Source of the DNA: Nitrospirota bacterium
GTDB taxonomy: Bacteria > Nitrospirota > UBA9217
Assembly: GCA_963796285.1 (NCBI GenBank)
Contig: CAWCKW010000012.1
Coordinates: 768,001 to 832,000 of the forward strand
DNA: 64,000 nt
Direction of reading: 5' to 3'
Part shown: piece by piece, positions 1 through 9,868 of the stretch
How positions within the stretch are numbered: the first letter of the stretch is position 1
Layout of the letters: each line of letters opens with the position of its first letter
The notes under the pieces: model-generated
Database searches by the model: none
Seen by the model: the letters and a program-made list of their open reading frames with translations, nothing else
What the model was told of the DNA's origin: nothing
Made by a program: the position numbers and the translations under genes

Positions 1-279
1 TGGCGCGGCAAGGACAGTACCACGGACGTCCTGTCGTTCCCGCTGCGCGAGGGGAGGTTCCCCCATATCCAGCCTGAAATGCTCGGTGATATCGTGATCT
101 CCCTCCCGGTCGCTGCGCGCCAGGCCGCTGAAGCAGGACATCCTCTGAACGTTGAGCTCGAACGACTGCTCGTTCATGGGCTGCTCCATTTGCTCGGCTA
201 CGATCATGAACAAGGCCTCTTGGAAGCGCGTCGCATGAAGCGGAAGGAGCAGCGGCTCCTGAAGTCGCTTGCCGCATGA
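1..279 (+). CDS. ybeY: rRNA maturation RNase YbeY (5' truncated by window edge)
   Basis: Frame 1 reads WRGKDSTTDVLSFP...LGDIVIS...HGLLHLLGYDH (HxxxHxxxxDH zinc motif). Confidence 0.95.
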   Translation, partial: WRGKDSTTDVLSFPLREGRFPHIQPEMLGDIVISLPVAARQAAEAGHPLNVELERLLVHGLLHLLGYDHEQGLLEARRMKRKEQRLLKSLAA

Positions 280-977
280 AGCCAAAGAACTGGGTGCAGC
301 GCGCAAATGTGGCGATCGAAGGGATCATTTATGCCGTCAAGACCCAGCGGCATATGCGCTACCATCTCTTTGCAGCGCTGGCTGCTCTCATCCTTGGTCT
401 TGTCCTGAACATATCCCGAAGCGAATTTATCCTGCTCTGCATGTCGATCGTGCTCGTCCTCGTCACCGAGATGCTGAACACTGCCATCGAGACGACGGTG
501 GACATGATCTCCGAGAAATATCATCCCCTGGCGAAGAATGCCAAGGACATCGCCGCCGGTGTGGTGCTCATTGCCTCCATCGGGGCTCTGATGCTCGCGT
601 ATCTTATTCTGTACCCGGCGCTCAAGGCAGCGGTCGCGGCGGAGCACTGGCAAATACGAAAGACGCCGAACGACGTTGTGGCCTTCGTTGCACTCGCTGT
701 CGTCATCATTCTGGTCATCATCCTCAAGGCTTTTCTCGGCAAGGGGGAGCCGCTCCGGGGCGGAATGCCGAGCGGTCATGCCGCGGTCTCCTTTTCCCTA
801 TGGATCGCTGCGTTGTATCTGACGAACTCGCTCCCGATCGTTATCCTGACCTTCCTGCTTGCCGTCCTGGTGAGCTGGAGCAGGTGGTCGTCCGGCATTC
901 ACCGGCCCATCGAGGTGATTGCCGGCGCTCTGCTCGGTGCAGGGGTGACTTTTCTTTTTTTCCGGATGTTCAGTTGA
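276..977 (+). CDS. dgkA: Diacylglycerol/undecaprenol kinase fused to C-terminal PAP2-like phosphatase domain
   Basis: EMLNTAIE..VD and AKDIAAG DgkA motifs; C-terminal GMPSGHAA and SR...H PAP2 motifs; ATGA overlap with ybeY. Confidence 0.9.
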   Translation: MKPKNWVQRANVAIEGIIYAVKTQRHMRYHLFAALAALILGLVLNISRSEFILLCMSIVLVLVTEMLNTAIETTVDMISEKYHPLAKNAKDIAAGVVLIASIGALMLAYLILYPALKAAVAAEHWQIRKTPNDVVAFVALAVVIILVIILKAFLGKGEPLRGGMPSGHAAVSFSLWIAALYLTNSLPIVILTFLLAVLVSWSRWSSGIHRPIEVIAGALLGAGVTFLFFRMFS

Positions 978-1046
978 GAGGCGGGAGCGACAACGTTTCA
1001 GAAACGAGAGGTCGACACCCGAGACGATGTATCGCTGGAGGATTGT

Positions 1047-1400
1047 TTGATCAAACAGATATTGAACGACCTGGTAGCCGCGGTAAATGGGGCGAAGACA
1101 GCGATCTTTCTTGATGGCGAAGGGGAGACCATTTCACAGTCAGGAGACCACGACATCGATGTGCAGCTGATCGGCGCGTGGAAGGAGATCGAGCTCGACC
1201 GGATCAAGGATATCAGTAAACGTCTCAAACTGGGAGAAGTCCACGCGGTACTGTTCTCGCTGGACCAGTTGAACGAACTGGTGGTCCCGGTGGCGGATGA
1301 GTATTGCCTGCTGCTCCTGCTGTCGGCCTACGCCAGTATCCAGGACGCCATGACCGGTGTAAAGAACACCATCGAACGGTTGAAGATAGAGATCGGGTGA
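1047..1400 (+). CDS. Roadblock/LC7 (MglB-like) domain protein
   Basis: ILNDLVAAVNGAKTAIFLDGEGETI pattern, 117 aa, GGAGG upstream of TTG. Confidence 0.7.
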   Translation: MIKQILNDLVAAVNGAKTAIFLDGEGETISQSGDHDIDVQLIGAWKEIELDRIKDISKRLKLGEVHAVLFSLDQLNELVVPVADEYCLLLLLSAYASIQDAMTGVKNTIERLKIEIG

Positions 1401-1417
1401 CCCTTCTGCAGACACTG

Positions 1418-2398
1418 CTACAACTGATCGTACATCCCTAATTTTCTGAACTTCTCATATCTAAGCTTCACGAGCTCGTCAGAAGATGTGTTTTTTATCT
1501 CCGACAGGTTCCTTGTAATGGCTTCTTTGAGCAATTCCGCCGCTCTTCGCGCGTCACGGTGCGCCCCGCCGATCGGCTCCTCCACTACTTCATCGATCAC
1601 TTTCATATGGAAGAGGTCCTGCGCCGTGATCTTGAGCAGTTCTGCGGCCTCGCTCGCCTTGGCGCCGTTGTTCCAGAGGATGGCGGCACACCCTTCGGGG
1701 GAAATGACCGAGTAGGTAGCGTGTTCAAGCATGAGCACGCGGTCGGCAACTCCCAGGGCGAGCGCGCCACCGCTCCCGCCTTCGCCGATCACCACCGCAA
1801 CAATGGGGACCTTAAGCAGGGACATGACATACAGATTCCGGGCGATGGACTCACCCTGACCCCGTTCTTCCGCGCCAATACCCGGATAAGCGCCCTGGGT
1901 ATCGATGAACGTTATAATGGGTTTTTTGAACTTTTCCGCGAAACGCATCAGGCGCAATGCCTTTCGGTAGCCCTCGGGATTCGGCTGCCCGAAGTTGCGG
2001 TACACCCGTTCCTTGAGGGTCCTGCCTTTCTGGTGGCCGATGATCACGACCGGCATCCCGTCCAGTTTTGCCATCCCGCAGACGATGGCCGGGTCGTCGG
2101 CAAAGCCGCGGTCGCCATGCATTTCCGTGAAATCGGTGAGCATCGCTTCGATGTAGTCAAGGGTATAAGGGCGGTTCAGGTGGCGCGAGATCTGTACCTT
2201 CTGCCATGGCGACAGACGAGAATAGATCTCAGCCAGCAGCTGGTCGGATTTCTTTTGAAGCTTGAGGATCTCCTCTTCGAGGTCGATATTCCCATTCGAC
2301 GTGAAAAGCGTCAGTTCCTCGATCTTTTTTTCCAGGTCAGCGATCGGTTTTTCAAATTCGAGATATTCAGATGGCAAATCCTGCTCCTTAGCGTTCAC
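1418..2398 (-). CDS. accA: Acetyl-CoA carboxylase carboxyltransferase alpha subunit
   Basis: YLEFEKPI, HGDRGFADD, PEGYRKALRLM, GEGGSGGALA, YSVISPEGCAAILW. Confidence 0.98.
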   Translation of the reverse strand: MNAKEQDLPSEYLEFEKPIADLEKKIEELTLFTSNGNIDLEEEILKLQKKSDQLLAEIYSRLSPWQKVQISRHLNRPYTLDYIEAMLTDFTEMHGDRGFADDPAIVCGMAKLDGMPVVIIGHQKGRTLKERVYRNFGQPNPEGYRKALRLMRFAEKFKKPIITFIDTQGAYPGIGAEERGQGESIARNLYVMSLLKVPIVAVVIGEGGSGGALALGVADRVLMLEHATYSVISPEGCAAILWNNGAKASEAAELLKITAQDLFHMKVIDEVVEEPIGGAHRDARRAAELLKEAITRNLSEIKNTSSDELVKLRYEKFRKLGMYDQL

Positions 2399-2982
2399 TG
2401 AATGACTTTAAAAAGACATATGCCGCTCATGTTGACACGGCAAAAGGACTGATCACATTTTAATGGCGACTTATTATCGGATATTAAAGGGCCATTGTCA
2501 AGGGATTGTTAAATAACTCGATGTCAGTGGAGGAAACCATCTGTCTGAGCACCAAAACCTGACGCGATGATGGGTATCAAGACGACCACCGTCTGTGTCA
2601 GTGGGAAATCGAATGCTCGTACGTAGTTTTTAAGTTCAATTAGCAGGGACGAGGGAGCATACACAACGAACCTAGGTAGCACCCCGAAAGCCCATCTAAT
2701 TTCTTGCCTTTTAGCCTCTTTTATAGTAACTTCATCGGTGGCGGATACAGACACCATCAGACAGGTAAGGCATATGACAGATGTCAGTGGTCACCGCTCA
2801 AGCCGTGTATCAAGCCGCAGCAGCCGTTTACTTTTCGTTGTGCACTGCGACTCTACTGGTCTGTTCACAAACTCCAGAGGATACGCCTGTACCTGAGATA
2901 ATCAGAGCGGCATCTAACGAAAACGACCCTTGTCCCGTACACCATTCTGTCATGGATGATCTAACAGGAGGATAGTGCTCGC

Positions 2983-3315
2983 ATGGAACTAGATATACGT
3001 TTGGAGAAAGAATCACTGTCGATCACCATCGAAGACCCTTTTCGCATTGACTTTGATGCCCTTGTCGGGAAAATCGATGATTTTCTCGCTCCCAAGGGTG
3101 TGAAAATGGACAATCTGGACGTCCGCGGACTTTTGCCGCGCATGGTCAAGGGCATCGCAGGGTGCGAGGCCGGTTGTCCTTCTGATGCCAAGAGTGTTGT
3201 CAAAAAAGGATATAATAATTTCAAACTAGAATATATCGAAGGAGGCATTCTTTCCGCGACAGCGCATGTCGGGCAGGGGAAAACGATATCGCTAAAGCTA
3301 TTCCCGGATTTTTAA
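2983..3315 (+). CDS. Hypothetical protein with CxxxC (GCEAGCP) motif
   Basis: 110-aa ORF with strong AGGAGG RBS and protein-like composition. Confidence 0.75.
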   Translation: MELDIRLEKESLSITIEDPFRIDFDALVGKIDDFLAPKGVKMDNLDVRGLLPRMVKGIAGCEAGCPSDAKSVVKKGYNNFKLEYIEGGILSATAHVGQGKTISLKLFPDF

Positions 3316-3592
3316 AGTCTGAGTCTTCCGGGAACGAACAAGAAGAACGTTACATCCAGCCGACCGTATCCTCTATCTCGGTATTTCGTTGAGTTACAAT
3401 ATAGGCGTTCATTTCTTATCCTGATTGCTTTCCCTGCCGTTTTCCGACCTATGCAGTCCGGAAGCGGTCATAAGAACCAGGAAAACAACATGTTCCCGCG
3501 GACCACAATGGGCGCTTGAAGTTTGCATAAAACTTGTGATAAGATATACTGACGTCACAATTGAATTCTATCAACAGGAGGAAAACATTATT

Positions 3593-4591
3593 ATGGAAAA
3601 GGTATCATACAAGGATATCGGTCTCGTCACGACAACTGAGATGTTTGCGAAGGCGATGAAAGGTAAGTATGCCATTCCCGCGTATAACTTTAACAACATG
3701 GAGCAGCTTCAGGCAATCGTCATGGGATGCGTGGAATCGAAATCGCCATTCATCCTGCAGGTCTCGAGCGGGGCGAGGAAGTACGCAAACCAGACCCTCC
3801 TGCGGTTCCTGGCTATGGGCGCTGTAGGGATGATCAACGATGCCGGTTCACCGGTAAAATTTTCGCTGCACCTCGATCATGGCGACACGTTCGAGCTCTG
3901 CAAGTCCTGCATCGATACGGGCTTTTCATCGGTCATGATCGACGGGTCCCATCATTCGTACGACGATAACGTGAAGCTGACCAAACAGGTGGTCGAATAC
4001 GCCCACGCCAACAATGTCGTTGTTGAAGGAGAATTGGGCCAACTTGCGGGCATTGAGGACGCGGTTTCGGCAGAGAAGTCCACCTATACGAGACCGGAGG
4101 AGGTCGAGGACTTTGTGAAGAAGACGAACGTCGATTCCCTGGCCATCTCGATCGGCACCTCTCACGGCGCCATGAAGTTCAAACCAGCGCAGTGCACGCG
4201 CGACTCGCGGGGAGTCCTGGTCCCTCCGCCGCTCAGGTTCGACATTCTTGAAGAGATCGAGAAGCGTATCCCCGGTTTCCCGATCGTGCTGCACGGGGCA
4301 TCGTCGGTCATCCCCGAGTACGTCGAGATCATCAACAAGAACGGCGGGGCGTTGAAGGACGCCGTTGGAATCCCCGAGGAACAGCTCAGGAAGGCGGCGC
4401 GGAGCGCCGTGTGCAAGGTGAACATCGACAGTGACGGCCGCCTCGCGATGACGGCGATGATCCGAAAAACCCTGGCAGAAAAACCAGCGGAGTTCGATCC
4501 GAGAAAGTACCTGGGCCCTGCACGAGACGAGTTGATCAAAATGATCATCCATAAAAACAAGAATGTGCTGGGCTCGGCTGGGCAGGCGTAG
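3593..4591 (+). CDS. fba: Class II fructose-1,6-bisphosphate aldolase
   Basis: HLDHG, SVMIDGS, VEGELG, GTSHG, VLHGAS, KVNIDSD, FDPRKYL; AGGAGG before ATG 3593. Confidence 0.97.
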   Translation: MEKVSYKDIGLVTTTEMFAKAMKGKYAIPAYNFNNMEQLQAIVMGCVESKSPFILQVSSGARKYANQTLLRFLAMGAVGMINDAGSPVKFSLHLDHGDTFELCKSCIDTGFSSVMIDGSHHSYDDNVKLTKQVVEYAHANNVVVEGELGQLAGIEDAVSAEKSTYTRPEEVEDFVKKTNVDSLAISIGTSHGAMKFKPAQCTRDSRGVLVPPPLRFDILEEIEKRIPGFPIVLHGASSVIPEYVEIINKNGGALKDAVGIPEEQLRKAARSAVCKVNIDSDGRLAMTAMIRKTLAEKPAEFDPRKYLGPARDELIKMIIHKNKNVLGSAGQA

Positions 4592-4739
4592 TCTCCTGTC
4601 CGTGCAGAAATACATCACGATCAGCTGTTGAAAGGCAAGGTGCTTTTTAACGGCTGTCCTTTTTTCTGGAGCTAGGAATTGGTCGCGGAGCTTGCAGACC
4701 TCATCGAGTGGGAGGAACTAGGGAGAAAGGCCTTTTCTC

Positions 4740-5459
4740 GTGGAGAAACTCACCAAAAGAGATGTCCTCATGCTGGCCTCGTCAACCGGGGACGCTTCGA
4801 ACTGCGACCTCTCAGGAGTCAATCTGAACGGCATGGAACTCCTCGGACTTCGTTTCGATGGGTCGAATTTCAAGGGCGCGAGCTTGAGCAGTGCAAATAT
4901 GAGCGGGTCGAGCTTTAAAAACTGCGGCCTGTCCGGATGCAACCTGAGCAGCTCGAACTTCACCGGGGCTTTGTTCAACGGGGCGAATCTCGAACAGGCC
5001 GATCTCACGTTTTCCACCTTTGTGTCCGCTGATTTCTCTGAAGCGCGTCTCATGGGCGCCAATTTCACAAATTCGAAGCTCTCCGCTGCAATCTTCGAAA
5101 AGGCCGACCTCACCAATGCGAATCTCCAGATGACTGATGCCGGAAAGATCAGGTGCGGGGGTGCGGTGTTGGTGAAGATCCATGCACGCAGTTCAAGCAT
5201 GATCGGCGCTGATCTTTCGGGATGTAATATGCGGGGTGCGAACTTTCATGGGACGGACCTGAGTGTCGCAATCCTCGCTTCTGCTGATCTGAGGGATGCG
5301 GACATGCTTGATGCGACTCTCACGGCCGCTGATCTGACAAATGCGGACCTGCGCAACGCCCGCGTTAAACGGACTGACCTTACCCGCGCGATACTCAGAA
5401 ATTTACAGTATGATGAAGAATTGAAGGAATTGATATCAAGATATGACCGGAACAAATAA
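4740..5459 (+). CDS. Pentapeptide repeat protein
   Basis: About 40 tandem A(D/N)LxG-type pentapeptides. Confidence 0.9.
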   Translation: MEKLTKRDVLMLASSTGDASNCDLSGVNLNGMELLGLRFDGSNFKGASLSSANMSGSSFKNCGLSGCNLSSSNFTGALFNGANLEQADLTFSTFVSADFSEARLMGANFTNSKLSAAIFEKADLTNANLQMTDAGKIRCGGAVLVKIHARSSSMIGADLSGCNMRGANFHGTDLSVAILASADLRDADMLDATLTAADLTNADLRNARVKRTDLTRAILRNLQYDEELKELISRYDRNK

Positions 5460-5558
5460 TAAAGCCTGACTTCAGGGAACCTGCTGCGACGTATTGGATT
5501 GTCTCGATGTTTCACCGAACAGGACCTGCATTTGCGCACCAGCATCGAAACCGCTCTT

Positions 5559-6023
5559 TCAAGGTTTATTGTTCTGACTCCATGAGTTTGCGCCCTTTTC
5601 ACCACGGGGTACAATCATCCCTCTCCCTAAGCTTGTATCCTCTTTTATGTATTCGATCATCATTTTGACGATCTTTTCCAGGTCCTTGAGCGGTTCGCGA
5701 GGTCCGGATTGTGCAGCATGTTCGTCAACACTGAGTGCCGCATCATGGGGCAGGGGAACAAATCGAATGCCCGACCGGTATTGAGTCCCCACTTGTTTGC
5801 TCCAAAGCAACACACCGCTGTGTTGACCCCATATTCTGTCCTTGAACAACACAAAACCGGGTTCCATAGGCATATTCGATTCGATGCCTACTCCGCTCCT
5901 GCTTATGTCCACTATCTGACCATGATGATCAGTACGGTCAAGCTCTTTGAACTTGATAACGTCCATGGCACAGTCCCGCTTTACCAGGATCGGTTGTCTT
6001 TGTGAATGCCTATTGTCTTGCAT
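5559..6023 (-). CDS. PilZ-domain protein (putative c-di-GMP receptor)
   Basis: RHSQR (RxxxR) and DISRSG (DxSxxG) motifs, C-terminal GIRF; start taken at MQDN. Confidence 0.7.
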   Translation of the reverse strand: MQDNRHSQRQPILVKRDCAMDVIKFKELDRTDHHGQIVDISRSGVGIESNMPMEPGFVLFKDRIWGQHSGVLLWSKQVGTQYRSGIRFVPLPHDAALSVDEHAAQSGPREPLKDLEKIVKMMIEYIKEDTSLGRGMIVPRGEKGANSWSQNNKP

Positions 6024-6210
6024 TTTTTTATTATACAGAAAAACTCGATAAAGTGAAGCTAATTTATTCATCTCTTCGAAATATTTGCGATATAGAATAG
6101 TCATGACAACTGATGGATAATGTAGTAAAGTAAATAATGAAACCAAGGCGTTCTTCCAGATACTTTTGTCTTACCTATGCGCTGGTTCATGCGAAATGTA
6201 TGGAGATATC

Positions 6211-7719
6211 ATGAAAATCCTGCTCGTTTATCCGCAATACCCGGTGACGTTCTGGAGTTTTAAGTATGCCTTGAAGTTCATTTCAAAAAATGCGAGCCTT
6301 CCACCATTGGGGCTGCTGACCGTAGCAGCCATGCTGCCAGCAGAATGGGAGGTGCGTCTCGTTGACAAGAACGTGAAGACACTTTCGGACGCTGACCTTC
6401 GCTGGGCCGATTATGTTTTTTTAAGTGCCATGTCCATCCAGCGCGAATCAGCCGAGAGGATCATTCTCCGATGCAAGTCACTCGGCGTCAAAATGATCGC
6501 CGGCGGTCCTCTATTCACGTCTTTGCCGGAAGAGTTCAGCAATATTGACCATCTCATTCTGAACGAGGCGGAGATCACTCTCCCGCTTTTCCTCGCAGAC
6601 CTGAAGGAAGGAAGGGCGCGCCATATATATACGTCCCCCCTATGGGCGGACCTTGCTACCACGCCGGTACCAAGGTTCGACCTCCTGGACAAAAAAAGAT
6701 ACGCTTCCATGAACATCCAGTATTCGCGGGGCTGTCCTTTTGATTGCGACTTCTGCAATATCACCGTGCTTTACGGCCGTATGCCGCGTACCAAGACTGC
6801 CTCTCAGGTCATTACTGAGCTGGATGACCTCTATACCCGGGGATGGCGGGGAAGCGTGTTCATTGTCGACGACAATTTCATCGGTAACAAGGGGAAGCTC
6901 AAGAAGGAGGTCCTTCCGGCCATCATCGCCTGGATGGAGAAGCGAAAGCATCCTTTTGCGCTCTACACGGAAGCATCGATCAATCTTGCGGACGACGCGG
7001 AACTGATGAAGCTTATGGTCAGGGCCGGGTTTGATCAGGTTTTTATAGGCATTGAATCGCCTAATGATGAAAGCCTTGCCGAGTGCAGCAAGCTCCAGAA
7101 CCGCAACCGTGACCTCGTCGCCTGTGTCAGGAAGATTCAGCAGGCTGGAATGGAGGTCCAGGCGGGATTTATCGTTGGGTTTGACAAAGACCCGGCAATG
7201 ATATTCGAACGCTTGATCGAGTTCATTCAGGAGAGCGGGATCGTGACCGCGATGGTCGGCTTATTAAACGCACCGCACGGCACCAAACTCTACGATCGCA
7301 TGAAGGAGGAGGGGAGACTCGTGAAATCTCAGACCGGCGACAATACGGACTTCTCGATAAACTTCATCCCGAAGATGAGCCACGAAGCGCTTCTCGCCGG
7401 CTATAACTCAATCCTGAAAACGATCTATTCACCGAAACACTATTACGCGCGGATAAAAACATTTTTGAAGGGACACCATCCTGCACGGGCACGCTCAGGA
7501 AGTCTCCGGCTCAATTATGTCATGGCCGGCTTCAAGTCCGCGATACGGCTCGGCATCATCGGCAAGGAGCGGTACCAGTACTGGAAGCTGTTCTTCTGGT
7601 CCCTTTTCAGAAGGCCGAGGCTCTTTCCGCTCGCGATAACCCTCGCGATCTACGGATTCCACTTCCGGAAGGTATTCAGAGAGCACGAAAAAGCTTTCCG
7701 TGCGGGCATTGCGCGGTAG
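6211..7719 (+). CDS. B12-binding radical SAM protein (DUF4070-type)
   Basis: PPLGLLTVAAMLP cobalamin-binding start, SRGCPFDCDFC, IVDDNFIGN, C-terminal YWKLFFW region. Confidence 0.93.
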   Translation: MKILLVYPQYPVTFWSFKYALKFISKNASLPPLGLLTVAAMLPAEWEVRLVDKNVKTLSDADLRWADYVFLSAMSIQRESAERIILRCKSLGVKMIAGGPLFTSLPEEFSNIDHLILNEAEITLPLFLADLKEGRARHIYTSPLWADLATTPVPRFDLLDKKRYASMNIQYSRGCPFDCDFCNITVLYGRMPRTKTASQVITELDDLYTRGWRGSVFIVDDNFIGNKGKLKKEVLPAIIAWMEKRKHPFALYTEASINLADDAELMKLMVRAGFDQVFIGIESPNDESLAECSKLQNRNRDLVACVRKIQQAGMEVQAGFIVGFDKDPAMIFERLIEFIQESGIVTAMVGLLNAPHGTKLYDRMKEEGRLVKSQTGDNTDFSINFIPKMSHEALLAGYNSILKTIYSPKHYYARIKTFLKGHHPARARSGSLRLNYVMAGFKSAIRLGIIGKERYQYWKLFFWSLFRRPRLFPLAITLAIYGFHFRKVFREHEKAFRAGIAR

Positions 7720-8014
7720 TCAGGAGGTCTCTCTGCATCTTCGTAGATGACCATACCGAATGATCACCTAAGTGGATGCACCTCTACGCACCGGTACGCG
7801 AAGAATAAACCTACTCATGATTATTCGATGACGTCGAAGAGATTACAGCTGCGATGATGGCTTGTAGCTGTTGTATTCCTCTTAATTCTCCTCCCTCTCA
7901 TTCATTCCCTTTATCACTATTTATCACTACAATTATATGTTATAATCCTCTCACGAAAGAACGGGAACCCTGTAAAAACGGATGATTCTTCAGTCCCGTA
8001 CCTATTTGTAGAAT

Positions 8015-8305
8015 ATGCCAAAGACACTTCCTTTACCACAACCAGGAACAAGTGCTGAACAGCACGCTCTTCACATACCGTTGTACAAGGTGTTGCTTCA
8101 TAATGACGACCATACTACCATGGAGCATGTGATAAAAGCACTGATGGGGGTTTTTAAATTCGAGTTGAGTATGTGCGAGCGGATTATGATGGAGGCTCAT
8201 CAGAACGGCGTGGCGCTTTGTACGGTGGAGCCATTAGAAAAGGCTGAACATCATCGTGACCAACTGGTCTCATTTTCACTCATTTCTACTATCGAACCGG
8301 ATTAG
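8015..8305 (+). CDS. clpS: ATP-dependent Clp protease adaptor ClpS
   Basis: YKVLLHNDDHTTMEHV and MMEAHQNG motifs. Confidence 0.9.
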   Translation: MPKTLPLPQPGTSAEQHALHIPLYKVLLHNDDHTTMEHVIKALMGVFKFELSMCERIMMEAHQNGVALCTVEPLEKAEHHRDQLVSFSLISTIEPD

Positions 8306-8307
8306 CT

Positions 8308-8730
8308 ATGATCAAGGGCAAACACTTTTACAAGGATGGCATTCGTTTCGAATGTCAGGGAGAAGGCAAGTGCTGCGTAACACGCGGCAGCTACGGTTAT
8401 GTCTATCTGTCGTTCAGCGACAGGCGTCGCCTTGCTGCCCATTTCAGGATGTCTACAACGGAGTTCACCGCAACGTTCACCAAAAAAGTGGATGGGCTCT
8501 ATGAGTTGCGCTATGCCGGCAAGGATTGCCCTTTTCTTCAGGACAACCGGTGCCGGGTTTACGAAGCCCGTCCCTGGCAGTGCCGTACCTGGCCTTTCTG
8601 GCCGGAAAACATGAACAGCGCAGTGTGGGAGAAGGAAGTCTCTTCCTGGTGTCCCGGAGCGGGCAAGGGCAGATTGTATACCGCGGTAGAGATCGAAGAG
8701 ATCCTCGCAAAGAAAAAAGACGTATCATGA
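8308..8730 (+). CDS. YkgJ-family cysteine cluster (Zn/Fe-chelating) protein
   Basis: FECQGEGKCC...CPFL...CRVYEARPWQCRTWPFW...CPG. Confidence 0.9.
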   Translation: MIKGKHFYKDGIRFECQGEGKCCVTRGSYGYVYLSFSDRRRLAAHFRMSTTEFTATFTKKVDGLYELRYAGKDCPFLQDNRCRVYEARPWQCRTWPFWPENMNSAVWEKEVSSWCPGAGKGRLYTAVEIEEILAKKKDVS

Positions 8731-8841
8731 CGCGCGAGGACGAGTCCCCCTGAATCTACTGGTACTGAAAACCGTCCTTTGTTTAGATGCCAATGATCGG
8801 CGTGAAATGGCGTTGCCGTATTTTATCTCCGGGAGCCACTT

Positions 8842-9708
8842 TTGAAAAATAAAACCCAATTCATCGTCGTCGATGATAATGAGGCACTTCTCGATGTCCT
8901 AAAACGATTTCTCGTCATGCAAGGGCATGACTGCGAAGTTTTTTCCAGTGCCGAGGCCGCGCTGGACCATATCACCGATAAACCCTGCGATATTCTTATC
9001 ACCGACATCGTTATGCCTGGCATGAAAGGTTTGCAGCTCACGAAGGAAGTAAGACAATCGTGGCCGGATACGAATGTTATTGTGATGACGGGATTCATTG
9101 ATGATTTTTCCTATGACCAGGCAATCGAAGCCGGGGCTTCGGACTTCATAAAAAAACCGTTTACCATGCATGAAATGATGCTCCGCATCCAGCATGTTCA
9201 TCTGCAAGAGAAGCTGCGGGAGATGTCAAACTCTGATGAGCTTACCGGCCTCTACAATAGACGCGGGTTCTATGCTATCGCGCAACAGCAGTTGAAAATA
9301 GCGAACCGGGCAAAGGGGGAGGTGGCGCTCCTGTTTGCTGATATGGACAAGTTCAAGTCAATTAATGACCAGTGGGGTCACCAAAAGGGTGACGAGGCTT
9401 TATTAGCCATGGCGGACATCTTAAAAAAGACCTTCCGAGAATCTGATCTTATCGCCCGCATTAGCGGGGACGAGTTCGCATTGCTCCTTATTGACACGCC
9501 TGAAAAGAACTTGTCAATTGTCTCCAACCGGTTACAGAAGAACATTGATGCGTTTAATATCCATTCCGGAGTGATGTTCAACCTCTCGCTCAGCGTCGGC
9601 ATGGCTGTTTATGACCATGACAGGCCATGTTCCATAGATGAACTTCTGAAGCAGGCCGACAGGCGTATGTACGAACAAAAGCAGCGTAAGAAAAGCGTTC
9701 AAGCATAA
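8842..9708 (+). CDS. Response regulator receiver-GGDEF diguanylate cyclase
   Basis: REC motifs VVDD, TDIVMP, KPF; DELTGLYNRR, FKSINDQWGHQKGD, SGDEF, RxxD I-site (RESD). Confidence 0.93.
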   Translation: MKNKTQFIVVDDNEALLDVLKRFLVMQGHDCEVFSSAEAALDHITDKPCDILITDIVMPGMKGLQLTKEVRQSWPDTNVIVMTGFIDDFSYDQAIEAGASDFIKKPFTMHEMMLRIQHVHLQEKLREMSNSDELTGLYNRRGFYAIAQQQLKIANRAKGEVALLFADMDKFKSINDQWGHQKGDEALLAMADILKKTFRESDLIARISGDEFALLLIDTPEKNLSIVSNRLQKNIDAFNIHSGVMFNLSLSVGMAVYDHDRPCSIDELLKQADRRMYEQKQRKKSVQA

Positions 9709-9732
9709 CATGATCTGTTCTGGACATTTTTC

Positions 9733-9760
9733 TTGACAAAAAACGGTATTTCACTATTAT
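9733..9760 (+). promoter_or_regulatory. Sigma70-type promoter of tRNA-Leu
   Basis: TTGACA-N16-TATTAT about 20 bp upstream of the tRNA. Confidence 0.6.
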
Positions 9761-9779
9761 TCAGTCGTACTGGATTCAT

Positions 9780-9868
9780 GCCGCTGTGGCGGAATTGGCA
9801 GACGCAAGAGACTTAAAATCTCTCGACGGGCAACTGTCGTACCGGTTCGATCCCGGTCAGCGGCACCA
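9780..9868 (+). tRNA. tRNA-Leu(TAA)
   Basis: GCCGCTG/CAGCGGC acceptor stem, AGAGA-CTTAAAA-TCTCT anticodon arm, long variable arm, GGTTCGATCCC T-loop, encoded CCA. Confidence 0.97.

Noticed and set aside
204-2401. Long antisense or alternate-frame ORFs (e.g. 269-1114, 1559-2401) and similar ones elsewhere
   Set aside because: They shadow well-supported genes and have no motifs.
2781-2975. 64-aa ORF upstream of the CxxxC protein
   Set aside because: No clear RBS or motif; its 3' end supplies the RBS of the next gene, so it is unsupported.
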